DNA of 64,000 bases, taken from NCBI GenBank assembly GCA_963713825.1, contig CAVQNG010000003.1, positions 1,248,001 through 1,312,000 on the forward strand, in the 5' to 3' direction. The notes under the pieces were generated by a model that was not told where the DNA came from, searched no databases, and saw only the letters and a list, made by a program, of their open reading frames with translations. The translations under genes were made by a program, and so were the position numbers. The stretch's first letter is position 1. The number at the start of each line of letters is the position of its first letter. Source of the stretch: an uncultured Acidobacteriota bacterium. Its GTDB lineage: Bacteria > Acidobacteriota > Thermoanaerobaculia > Multivoradales > JAHEKO01. Below, piece after piece: positions 29,501 to 37,446 of the stretch.

Positions 29501-29772
29501 AGCTCGCGTTCTCGGGCGATCGGACCCGGTCGAGTCGAAACGTCTTCACGCCACCCTCGATCGTCGGACGCGTGGAGCGCATCGCGTCAGACCAGTGGGA
29601 CACGACGCAGGCTCCAACGACGACCCATAAACAGGGTTACCAGTGGGCGTCGGAGGCCTACGAGTCTGAGCTCTCGAAGATGAGGCAGTTGGTTGTGGCT
29701 CTGGAGACTCTGGAGGAGAAGGCCGACGCAGCCGGGGCACCCTGGACCCCGGGGCGGATGCCCAGCCAATAG
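26503..29772 (+). CDS. Secreted VPS10/BNR (Asp-box) beta-propeller protein, sortilin-like putative glycosyl hydrolase
   Basis: RNIGP..SGRI, many S/TxDGGxTW Asp-boxes, GGTQDN, ATFGRGF; AAGGAG RBS before GTG 26503. Confidence 0.88.
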   Translation: MKKLSAVVVAILMFAPIVAMAADEAAAELETKLNADTLAGLALRNIGPSINSGRISDFAVTPGKRHRYFIATSSGNLWKTDNAGTTWTPVFDNEGSYSVGVVTMDPNNPNVIWAGTGENNSQRSVSFGDGVYKSLDGGQSWSHMGLKESEHIGGIEVDPRNSDVVFVAAQGPLWNSGGERGLYKTIDGGATWERVLHVDDDTGANEVWLDPRDPDTIYASTYQRRRHVWTLINGGPGSGIWKSIDGGVTWRELEKGLPKVDMGRIGLAISPGNPDVIYAIIEAQRDEGGVFRTTDRGESWTKRGDYISSSPQYYNTLVADPHDVDTVYSLDTFLQVSKDGGATFTPVGEKAKHVDNHAMWIDPDDPDYVLVGCDGGVYESFDRGANWLFKENLPITQFYRVSVDTSEPFYYVYGGTQDNNTLGGPSRTLRQSGISNEDWFITVGGDGYETVIDPTNPDIVYSQWQYGGLVRYDRRSEEIVDIQPQEEPGEAAHRWNWDAPLILSPHSPTRLYFAAQRLFRSDDRGDTWTAISDDLSRQIDRDQLPVMGRVWGMDAVSKNRSTSDYGNIVSLTESTLEEGLIYVGTDDGLIQVTEDGGGSWRRTERFAGVPENTYVSDIEASRFDADTAYATFDNHKQGDFDPYVLVSRDRGRTWSSMRGDLPDREVAYTLIQDHVKPELLFVGTEFGLYVTIDEGNHWHRLKGGFPTMQVRDLEIQRDWNDLAVATFGRGFYILDDYTPLRAMTEDGLATDEAILFPTREALLYIEQPDRVGDRGKGFWTTPNPPFGAVFTYWLRDGLKTKKDLRIEAETEAREDETDAPLSTMEELRAEDLELEPAVFLTVRDGQGSLVRRVKAEQGAGLHRVAWDLRLPPAAPTSLTPEANLSPWATPEKGPLAFPGSYTAALEARVGTEWRPLGGPVDFEVVPLNLATLTPEDQAAVMAFRQEVRELRRNVLGASEVLGEIDQRVSHLRQALLDTPEADLALLVELEGLKSQLDSIQLAFSGDRTRSSRNVFTPPSIVGRVERIASDQWDTTQAPTTTHKQGYQWASEAYESELSKMRQLVVALETLEEKADAAGAPWTPGRMPSQ

Positions 29773-29804
29773 AACGAAGATGCCAGTAACGAAGAGCCAG
29801 TATC

Positions 29805-29843
29805 GAGGCGGCCGGCCAGGTGGCCGGTCGCCTCTTCATTTCT
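29805..29843 (+). terminator. Intrinsic terminator hairpin between convergent genes
   Basis: GAGGCGGCCGGCCA-GG-TGGCCGGTCGCCTC stem followed by TTCATTTCT. Confidence 0.7.
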
Positions 29844-30939
29844 GTGATTCGCTACCGGCCTCTGCAGGCAGGTTGATCACTGTTCCACCAAAGCCCTGAG
29901 TCCGAGTGCGGGCGTACCGTGCATCCATGATGTGGACTCGACCTTCGGTCTGACCGTGAGCTAGCTCCATCCATGGAAAGCGAACCCAAGACAGAAATCC
30001 TCTCGACTGACCGGAGTCTTCGACCTCCGACCAGAGCTCGCTCGATTTGGCGTCGGGACGCTCGAAGTCGGTGAATTGCAGCGACCTGTCGCCGAGCCAT
30101 GAGATGTGGCCGTGGCGTAGGCGGCCGCCCTGCTCGACAACGAACTCCCACGACAGGGGATTGGCGGGAACCGGCCCGACCATGAGGCCTTCCAGCGGTT
30201 TCGATACCGGCTGCACGAGCTGTGAGCGGACGCGATGCTCGGTCGCTCGGTGCAGAAACAGCATCGAAACGATGAAGAGACTAGCCCCCATGAGACCAGC
30301 GATGGCGGTTCTGTGGCTCGACATCCAGGCCGCGCCCGGCCTGGCGAGAAGAGCGAGCAGCAGGAGGAACAAGACTGCGAGAATCATCGGCAAGTAGCCA
30401 GGTGCCCGGCTCGCCACAACGTAGAGCAAGAGGGCCGCAACGCAGGCAGAGACGGTAACCAGACGTCGAGTCGCACGCCGACCGACGAGCCAGCCAAACC
30501 CGAGAATCAGCCAGAGCCAGGGATCCATGATGAAGACCGAGTCCCCGTAGTACCACTTGTCGCTGAAAGGCATCCACCAACGCATGCCGTAGGTGTTCAG
30601 CCAGTCGAGAAAAGGGTGGGTCAGGGTCGCTAGGTAGCAAAGGCCAAACAGCCAGCCGACCGCCAAAGGCCGGTCGGCACCTCCTCGATTTCGACGCAAT
30701 CGCTCCCACAAGAGGAACGCGAGAGCCAGCAGTGCCGGCAAGACCACCAACGCGAGAACACCGTGGGTCCAGCCACGTCGGAAACCCAGCGCAAAGTCCC
30801 CTCCCGCAAGGTACGACAGCACATCGACGTCGGGTAGGTTGGCCCCGATCACCAGGGCTGGCGCAGCATATCGGGTGCGCACCCCAAGCCGGGTGGCAGC
30901 CATCGATGCTCCGACAAGGGTATGGGTGACAGGATCCAT
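29836..30939 (-). CDS. Membrane-bound metal-dependent hydrolase (YdjM/YfhP-like)
   Basis: MDPVTHTLVG, NLPDVD, RGWTHG, THPFLDWLNTYG. Confidence 0.88.
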   Translation of the reverse strand: MDPVTHTLVGASMAATRLGVRTRYAAPALVIGANLPDVDVLSYLAGGDFALGFRRGWTHGVLALVVLPALLALAFLLWERLRRNRGGADRPLAVGWLFGLCYLATLTHPFLDWLNTYGMRWWMPFSDKWYYGDSVFIMDPWLWLILGFGWLVGRRATRRLVTVSACVAALLLYVVASRAPGYLPMILAVLFLLLLALLARPGAAWMSSHRTAIAGLMGASLFIVSMLFLHRATEHRVRSQLVQPVSKPLEGLMVGPVPANPLSWEFVVEQGGRLRHGHISWLGDRSLQFTDFERPDAKSSELWSEVEDSGQSRGFLSWVRFPWMELAHGQTEGRVHIMDARYARTRTQGFGGTVINLPAEAGSESQK

Positions 30940-31043
30940 GATCTTACTCGCAAACTGGCGACGGCTTTCGTTTGGAGGCCGCACCCTACCAGGAATTCTC
31001 GCGAATCGGGCCGCTCTGGCCCTGGCTATCCAATCAATCGGGT

Positions 31044-31511
31044 ATGTCGACCCCATGGCGCAAACCGGTACCCCGCGGCAACTATGTCGCCGACCCGGAG
31101 GGGATCGAGCGTTCGCTCGCCTCGATTGGCACCCGCTGGATGGTGACGATGCGTCCGGAGTTGTTGCAGGGGCCCGATGTCTGGACCTTCACAGGCAAGA
31201 ACGGTCTCCCTCTTTTCGTTCGGGAAATGCCGCCTCCTGTCGCCCCCTGGCCTATGGGAGTCTATGACCATGGACCAGTGCCGGTGAAGTTGCTGGAAAA
31301 TGGCGAGGTCGTCACCCTGGAAGCCGTCGACGACCCTCCCGATATGGGAATCGGTCGGGAAATGCGATGGTCGGCCGAAAGCGACGGGAGGCTTCGGGGT
31401 CGAGTCCGCCAGTTGTCGCCTGTCTGGATTGTCGGTGAGATCCTGGCCGTGGCCCTGACACTGATACTGCTGTGGCGATCGTCGGGCGGAATCACCTGGC
31501 AGAGGGCGTAG
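31044..31511 (+). CDS. Hypothetical protein with one C-terminal TM helix, possibly a 5'-truncated remnant
   Basis: Open frame filling the gap between ydjM-like and thpR; no clear RBS or signal peptide. Confidence 0.4.
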   Translation: MSTPWRKPVPRGNYVADPEGIERSLASIGTRWMVTMRPELLQGPDVWTFTGKNGLPLFVREMPPPVAPWPMGVYDHGPVPVKLLENGEVVTLEAVDDPPDMGIGREMRWSAESDGRLRGRVRQLSPVWIVGEILAVALTLILLWRSSGGITWQRA

Positions 31512-32091
31512 GGCCGTGGTCTGCAGATAGATTGACCTTCTGAAGGGTCTCGTAGATCGGACCTTCCGAGGTCAGTGAGCTCTGGACCAGGTGAATCTCC
31601 GCCAGTCGATCTTCCCAAGGTCGAGAGGTGTCGAAGTGCCTGTCGATTGCCTCCTGGACTGCCGCTGCCTCGGTGCGCCGGGCGCTCTTCTTGAATCTTG
31701 CAAGAGTGGCGTGCGGCGGCTTGGGGCGAACCTTGAGTGAGGGAATGCTCCTGCTCAAGTGAGCAACGATAGCCGCCTGCACCTCGGAGACCTGCTTGGT
31801 TCCGGCACCAACATCGACACAGATCAACCTGGGTTGGCCGCGGCCCATGAGAATCCGCGGCGGTTCGAGGGAAAAGAAGAAGCTCTCGAGCTCCGACACA
31901 GCCGCGAGGTCAGCTCTGCAGTGCTCGACATCACCATCTGAAAGCTCGCCCAGGAAGGCCAGCGTGAGATGGTGGGACTCCGGTGGAATCGGACGCAGAA
32001 CACCGGGCACGTCGCGCCTCAGTCGATCTACGAGGCCCTGATAGCCGCCCATGTTCGCCGGGCCCAGGAACGCTGCGAAGAATAGGCGCAT
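31492..32091 (-). CDS. thpR: 2H phosphoesterase, RNA 2',3'-cyclic phosphodiesterase-like
   Basis: MRLFFAA start, HLTLAFLG and PHATLAR motifs, C-terminal SSLT.EGPIYE. Confidence 0.88.
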   Translation of the reverse strand: MRLFFAAFLGPANMGGYQGLVDRLRRDVPGVLRPIPPESHHLTLAFLGELSDGDVEHCRADLAAVSELESFFFSLEPPRILMGRGQPRLICVDVGAGTKQVSEVQAAIVAHLSRSIPSLKVRPKPPHATLARFKKSARRTEAAAVQEAIDRHFDTSRPWEDRLAEIHLVQSSLTSEGPIYETLQKVNLSADHGPTPSAR

Positions 32092-32092
32092 C

Positions 32093-32455
32093 TCAGGACT
32101 GACGTTCCTCGTACTCGGCCCAGGTTCTCGGCGATTCGCTGACTCGCATTTGGACCAGGGTCGGGAAGACTGGCTTGAATCTCTCGTAGAGAAAGCGCGA
32201 GATGTTCTCGGCGGTGGTGGCGTCTGGCAACACGTCGTTGAGGTTCCGGTGGTCCAGGTGCTGGTTGATGAAGTCCCTGATTGGCGCGAGCTCGTTGTAG
32301 TCCACGACGAACCCCCGGTGGTCGAGCTCCTCGCTCTCGAGCACGGCCTCGACGACGTAGTTGTGGCCATGCAGTCGACTGCACGGGTGATCGTCGGGCA
32401 GGAGGTCCAACTGGTGGGCCGCCGAAAAGTGGAACTGCTTGCTGATTCTGTACAC
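32093..32455 (-). CDS. queD: 6-carboxytetrahydropterin / 6-pyruvoyltetrahydropterin synthase
   Basis: FSAAH, CSRLHGHNY, LDHRNLN, TAENI; GGAGG RBS. Confidence 0.9.
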   Translation of the reverse strand: MYRISKQFHFSAAHQLDLLPDDHPCSRLHGHNYVVEAVLESEELDHRGFVVDYNELAPIRDFINQHLDHRNLNDVLPDATTAENISRFLYERFKPVFPTLVQMRVSESPRTWAEYEERQS

Positions 32456-32466
32456 GTGACCTCCGA

Positions 32467-35139
32467 CTAACTTTCCACCAACTCGAAGCGTCCCTGGAAG
32501 AAGCGGAGCTTCTCGGGTTCGTAGACGAACCGCAGGCCGCGGATGTCGTCACGCCGCTCGTAGAGCCGGATGATGCCGTCGGCCACCGCCCGCATGTGAT
32601 CGCGGGTGTAGACGCGCCGGGGGATTGTCAGGCGCACGAGCTCCAGGGGGGGGCGGTAATTTTCGCCCGTGTTGGGGTCGCGGCCCTTTGAGACGTTGCC
32701 GCGCTCCATGGCCCGGACACCAGTCTCGACGTAGATCTCAGCGGCCAGGCGCTGCGATGGGTACTCGTCCTGGTCGATATGGGGCAGGAAGCGTTTGGCA
32801 TCCAGAAAGATGGCGTGGCTGCCCGGGGGCGTGACGATGGGCACGCCGGCATCCAGGAGCATCTGACCGAGGGCTGCGGTCTGTAGCACTCTGGCTCGAA
32901 TGTAACGGTCGTCGAGCATCTCCTCGACTCCCTGGGCGATGGCTGCCAGATCGCCAGCCGCCAGGCCGCCGTCGGTAATGTTGCCCTCGTAGACGCGCAG
33001 CAGATCCAGCGACTTCTTGGCCCACTCGGCGTTGTCCCGGTAGGCCAGGAGACCGCCGATGTTGATCAGGAAGTCCTTCTTGCCTGAGACCGTGCAGCCG
33101 TCCCCGTAGAGCAGCATCTCGCGGAGGATGTCGCGGACTTTGGTCTTTGCATAATGCGGATCTCGCTGTTGGATCATGTAGGCGTTCTCGGCCATCCGCG
33201 TGGCATCGAAGAAGACCGGAATGTGGTGGTTGGAGCAGTAGGCGTAGACCTCCCGCATGTTCTCCATCGAGACGGGCTGGCCGCCAGCCATGTTCACCGA
33301 GTGCTCGAAAGAGATGTAGGCGATCTTCTCGGCGCCGTGCTCGTCGACCAGGGCCTCCAGCTTGGCCATGTCGATGTTGCCTTTCCAGGGGAACTCGCTG
33401 CTGGGGTCATGGGCCTCGTCGACAATGACGTCGGCGAAAATTCCACCTGCCATCTCCTGGTGAAGCTTGGTCGTGGTGAAGTACATGTTCCCAGGCACCA
33501 GCTGTCCGGGTTCGATCATGACTTCGGAGAGGATCTGTTCGGCGGCGCGCCCCTGATGCGTCGGGATGATGTACTCGTAGCCAGTGGCTTCCCGAAGGAC
33601 CTCCACCAGGTGCAGGTAGTCATCAGAAGTTGTGGGTGTGGCGCGAGCCGCGTCGTAGGCGGCCCACTGGTCGGTGCTCATGGCCGAGGTGCCGGAGTCG
33701 GTGAGCAGATCGATGGTGACGTCCGCCGAGCGCAGAAGAAAGGTGTTGTAGCCCGCCTCTGCAATGGCCTTGCGGCGCTCTTCCAGGCTGAGCGTGGCGA
33801 TGCGCTCTATGGTGTGGATGACGAAGGGATAGGTCTCGAACTCGAAGGGCTCGAGGTCGGAGTAGACCCAGCGATACTGCATCTCGTCCCTCCAGGTTCC
33901 TTCTTGGAGCAGCTCGAGGGGAGGCACGCTGTCCCGTTGCTTGTAGAGACTGATGATGGCATCGGCCACCTGCTCGAGCTGACGAGTCGTCATGGCGAGC
34001 CGTGGAATCTGGACGGGAACCTGATTGTCGCGGCCGACGAGACCGTGGGCCAGGGCGCGAACCCCGGACATTTCGTAGAGGGCGGCAGAGAAAGCATCCT
34101 GCTGGAAAGTCTCCAGATGCGGCAAGAACTCGTCAGCCAGGATGTAGGCGCCGTCGCAGCCCCTCTCCACCGGCACTGCGGCTTCGCGCAGGCGGTTGTT
34201 GAAGTGCTCGGTCTGCTGCATGACCCACTGCACCTCTTCCTCCAAGCACATCTCCTCGAGGCCGCGGGCAAAGACCTCCATGGTCCTTCCCGCCATGCCG
34301 CCGTAGGTGTGGAGGCCCTCGTAGACCACCACTTCGTTCATGAAGTGTTCATGGTCTTCGGGGTTATCCGTGGCCAGCAGGCCACCGGTGGCGCACTTGG
34401 GGTCCTGGGCTCCGTCGATCTGGAAGATGTGGGCGGTTTTGGCGATCTCCTTGACCAGGGCAGCGATGCTGCGAGCCGCCATCCCCTCTTCGTGCCGCTG
34501 GAGGTACCAGGCATTCTCGATGACACGGGAACCGTCGAGCACCAGGCGCTTGCCGTAACGGTCGGCCAGCGCCCGGACGGCGCGCAGGTTCTCCAAGCTG
34601 AAGGGGTGCTGTCCGTCACCGAAGGCTTGCAGGCCCACGATGGCGACCTGGCCCCCTTTCAGGATCTCCTCGAGCCGTTCGAGGTCCACATTGCCGGTGA
34701 AGACCTCGGCCTTGTGATCCCGGATATCGGGGACCTCCACATCGCGAGGGGTCAGGACGTCGATGCGGGTACGGGCATTGGAAGGCAGCTGTGAACCAGC
34801 CGGCACCATGGTGGAGGTGACCAGCTTGACGCATCCCAGTACGTTGTGGGTCGGGCAGATGTAGGTGTGTCCCAGGACCTCGTGCACGGCCTTTTCCAGG
34901 CGCTCGAAGTTCCGAGCTCCGGCGTAGGCCTCGTCGCCGATGAGCTGACCCGATAGCTGCTCCTGGGTCATGGCACTCGTGCCGAGTGAGCACATGTCGA
35001 AGGCAACCTGGGAGGGAGTCAGGTTGAAGACGTTGAAGTGGGCCTCCGCCAGGTATTTCTTGCGTTCCTCGAGAGTGGGGAAGGAGATCGGTCGGATCGT
35101 CTTGATCTTGTGCGGCTCGTGCGCGAGCATTCGGGTCAT
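32467..35139 (-). CDS. Tandem-duplicated tyrosine phenol-lyase/tryptophanase-family protein (two fused beta-eliminating lyase subunits)
   Basis: C-half has DLLTDSGT, THQGR, GNMYFTTT, DATR, SGKKD, RLTIPRR and LRFF; N-half is a second degenerate copy with GDEAY and YEGLHTYGG; AGGAGG RBS. Confidence 0.9.
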   Translation of the reverse strand: MTRMLAHEPHKIKTIRPISFPTLEERKKYLAEAHFNVFNLTPSQVAFDMCSLGTSAMTQEQLSGQLIGDEAYAGARNFERLEKAVHEVLGHTYICPTHNVLGCVKLVTSTMVPAGSQLPSNARTRIDVLTPRDVEVPDIRDHKAEVFTGNVDLERLEEILKGGQVAIVGLQAFGDGQHPFSLENLRAVRALADRYGKRLVLDGSRVIENAWYLQRHEEGMAARSIAALVKEIAKTAHIFQIDGAQDPKCATGGLLATDNPEDHEHFMNEVVVYEGLHTYGGMAGRTMEVFARGLEEMCLEEEVQWVMQQTEHFNNRLREAAVPVERGCDGAYILADEFLPHLETFQQDAFSAALYEMSGVRALAHGLVGRDNQVPVQIPRLAMTTRQLEQVADAIISLYKQRDSVPPLELLQEGTWRDEMQYRWVYSDLEPFEFETYPFVIHTIERIATLSLEERRKAIAEAGYNTFLLRSADVTIDLLTDSGTSAMSTDQWAAYDAARATPTTSDDYLHLVEVLREATGYEYIIPTHQGRAAEQILSEVMIEPGQLVPGNMYFTTTKLHQEMAGGIFADVIVDEAHDPSSEFPWKGNIDMAKLEALVDEHGAEKIAYISFEHSVNMAGGQPVSMENMREVYAYCSNHHIPVFFDATRMAENAYMIQQRDPHYAKTKVRDILREMLLYGDGCTVSGKKDFLINIGGLLAYRDNAEWAKKSLDLLRVYEGNITDGGLAAGDLAAIAQGVEEMLDDRYIRARVLQTAALGQMLLDAGVPIVTPPGSHAIFLDAKRFLPHIDQDEYPSQRLAAEIYVETGVRAMERGNVSKGRDPNTGENYRPPLELVRLTIPRRVYTRDHMRAVADGIIRLYERRDDIRGLRFVYEPEKLRFFQGRFELVES

Positions 35140-35292
35140 GAGATTCTCCTCCTGTGACGGTCACGGGGCGAGGCTGTTGCCCGGAGAAAGTGACAATCGT
35201 TGCTGAAATGAAAGGCGGCCCAGAATCCGGCCGCGTGGGTGCTTCTGTTGCCCAACGGGAGCAGATTCCCGCCGGGACCACTTTAGCATGCA
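35140..35292 (-). promoter_or_regulatory. Candidate structured 5' leader of the lyase-queD-thpR operon
   Basis: Extended -10-like TGCTAAAGT near 35281-35289, hairpin CGGGA-N6-TCCCG, then GCGGCC-N8-GGCCGC followed by CTTTCATTT (minus strand). Confidence 0.35.
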
Positions 35293-35383
35293 GGGGCAGT
35301 GAGAGAGAGGGAGAATCGCGCCCTCGAATCGGAGCAGCAAGTTGTGGCAACGACGGCGGGCGAGTGTCGTATTCTCACGAACG

Positions 35384-36724
35384 ATGAGTCAGAGAAACAA
35401 GGCCCTGCAGATCTTCGAGGCTGCCCTTGCAGCGGTGGATTCTGGTGAGTCTGTTCGGAGGGTTCTGAGTCGCGAGAGTGGCAAATTGACGTTGCAGCAG
35501 GCCGGAACCGAGCTTCGCTTCGATCTCGGTGGAATCGACCGCCTCTGCGTCGTCGGTTGTGGAAAAGCCGGTGCACCCATGGCTCGTGCCGTGGAGGAGC
35601 TGGTTGGTGACCGCATCTCGTCAGGGCTCGTGGTCGTCAAATACGGCCACACCCTGCCTGAAGAGACAAAGCTGGCGCACATTCGGATCGCCGAGGCAGG
35701 GCACCCGGAGCCTGATGCCGCGGGAATGACCCAGGCGAATGAGGTGGTGGAGATTCTGAAAGGAGCATCCGAGAAAGATCTGGTCGTGGCGCTGATGTCG
35801 GGTGGTGGCTCCTCACTTTGGCCCTTACCCGCCTCGCCCATCACCCTGAAGGAGAAAGTCGAGCTCACGCGGCAGTTGCTGGCCTCCGGGGCCAACATCC
35901 ACGAGATCAACGCGGTGCGAAAGCACGTTTCCCAAATCAAGGCGGGTTTGGCGGCCCGAGCGGCCCATCCGGCTCAGGTGCTGGTCCTCTCTATCTCGGA
36001 TGTCATTGGTGACCGACTGGATTCCATCGCTTCTGGTCCCTTCGCGCCGGACACCACCACCTTCGGCGAGGTCCTGGAGATTCTCGAACGCTATGGGCTC
36101 GGCACCGAGGTCCCCGTTTCCATCCAATACCACCTTTGGAATGGAATGGCGGGAAAGATCCCCGAGACTCCGAAGCCGGGAGACGCCGTCTTCGAAGGGG
36201 TTACGCATTGCATTTGCGCCTCGAACGCTCAGGCGCTCGAGGCGGCGAGAGCCGGGGCAGAGTCCATGGGCTACCAGGTGGAGGTCATCGAGCGGCCGAT
36301 CGATGGAGACGTGGAAGCTGCGTCCAAGGTCTTTTGTGAACGGCTGGGGCAGATTGCCGAACGAAGCTCGGAGCTGCCGGTCTGCTTGATCGGTGGGGGT
36401 GAACCGACCGTGATCCTGGGGAGCTCTCCAGGCCGGGGCGGGCGCAATCAGCAGTTTGCTCTGGCGAGCGCCTTCGAGATTCAAGGGAAGGAGGACTTCA
36501 CAATCCTGAGTTGTGGGACCGACGGCACGGATGGGCCGACGGACGCGGCTGGTGCAGTGGTCGATGGTGGCACCATCAGCCGCTGTCAGAGCCTGGGCTT
36601 GGACCCACGCGAAGCGCTCTCGAATCATGATGCCTATCCGCTACTTGATCGGTCTGGATACCTGGTCAAGACCGGGCCGACCAACGCCAATGTCATGGAC
36701 ATCATGCTCGGCATCGTGGCGTGA
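35384..36724 (+). CDS. Glycerate 2-kinase (type II, TtuD/MOFRL family)
   Basis: GCGKAG..MA, EAGHP.PD, SGGGSSL, SDVIGD..D.IASGP, GGRNQ, GTDGTDG. Confidence 0.92.
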   Translation: MSQRNKALQIFEAALAAVDSGESVRRVLSRESGKLTLQQAGTELRFDLGGIDRLCVVGCGKAGAPMARAVEELVGDRISSGLVVVKYGHTLPEETKLAHIRIAEAGHPEPDAAGMTQANEVVEILKGASEKDLVVALMSGGGSSLWPLPASPITLKEKVELTRQLLASGANIHEINAVRKHVSQIKAGLAARAAHPAQVLVLSISDVIGDRLDSIASGPFAPDTTTFGEVLEILERYGLGTEVPVSIQYHLWNGMAGKIPETPKPGDAVFEGVTHCICASNAQALEAARAGAESMGYQVEVIERPIDGDVEAASKVFCERLGQIAERSSELPVCLIGGGEPTVILGSSPGRGGRNQQFALASAFEIQGKEDFTILSCGTDGTDGPTDAAGAVVDGGTISRCQSLGLDPREALSNHDAYPLLDRSGYLVKTGPTNANVMDIMLGIVA

Positions 36725-36732
36725 CCTTTGTG

Positions 36733-36759
36733 GCTATACTGCCTAGGAAGCTGTGTAGC
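36733..36759 (+). promoter_or_regulatory. Possible promoter/operator of the TetR gene
   Basis: Imperfect inverted repeat GCTATAC-N13-GTGTAGC overlapping a TATACT -10-like hexamer. Confidence 0.3.
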
Positions 36760-36784
36760 TATCCTCTTGGAGGCAAAGACCGAC

Positions 36785-37339
36785 ATGAGCAGCAAGCCGA
36801 GTCGATATAGCCGCGATGAGTTTCTGGCCCGCTCCCTGGACGTGCTGTCGCAGGACGGAGAGTCGAAGCTCCGTATCGATCGTCTGGTCGATCAGTTGGG
36901 TGTTACCAAGGGTAGCTTCTACTGGCACTTCGAGAACAGGGCCGATTTCGTGCGGAGCCTGGCCGACTACTGGGCGCGATCTTCGACCCAGGCGGTTATT
37001 GACGACTTGGAGACCATGGCTGGCAGTCCTGAAGATCGACTCTTCAGTCTCATGAAGCGGCTTGGTCGCCAGGATCTCGCGGGCCACGACCTTGCCATGC
37101 GGGCCTGGGCGTCTCATGAGCCGGAAGTGGCACCGTTCGTCAAGAAAGTCGATCGATTGCGACTGACCTTTGTGAGAGGTCTCTTCAAGGTGATGGGGTT
37201 CGAGGGCGACGAGCTCGAGACCAGGACCCGGATCTTCGTCACGGCCATCAGCCTAGAGCGTGGGATTCTCGTGAGAGAGGCCAAACCGAAGCGTCTGGAG
37301 TCCCTGCGACAGTGGCACGCTTTCTTCGTACGACCCTGA
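36785..37339 (+). CDS. TetR/AcrR family transcriptional regulator
   Basis: HTH LRIDRLVDQLGVTKGSFYWHF; GGAGG RBS. Confidence 0.92.
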   Translation: MSSKPSRYSRDEFLARSLDVLSQDGESKLRIDRLVDQLGVTKGSFYWHFENRADFVRSLADYWARSSTQAVIDDLETMAGSPEDRLFSLMKRLGRQDLAGHDLAMRAWASHEPEVAPFVKKVDRLRLTFVRGLFKVMGFEGDELETRTRIFVTAISLERGILVREAKPKRLESLRQWHAFFVRP

Positions 37340-37387
37340 CGACAGCCATCGGTGACAGGTGGAATCGAGGCCGCTGAGAGCACCCAG

Positions 37388-37411
37388 TGAAAGGTATAGT
37401 GAGACCTTCCA
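37388..37411 (+). promoter_or_regulatory. Possible operator/promoter upstream of the amidohydrolase-like gene
   Basis: TG-A-AAGGT-N8-ACCTT-C-CA inverted repeat containing TATAGT. Confidence 0.3.
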
Positions 37412-37446
37412 TTGGCGAGGACTGTTTCTCGGGACTGGAGAACATC

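Noticed and set aside
33154-34794. 546-aa plus-strand ORF
   Set aside because: Antisense shadow of the lyase gene
35161-35289. Possible TnaC-like leader peptide MLKWSR...LAP* (42 aa, minus strand)
   Set aside because: No RBS, and the Trp-to-Pro spacing and Asp do not match the TnaC WxxxDxxxxxxxP pattern; the start overlaps the putative -10
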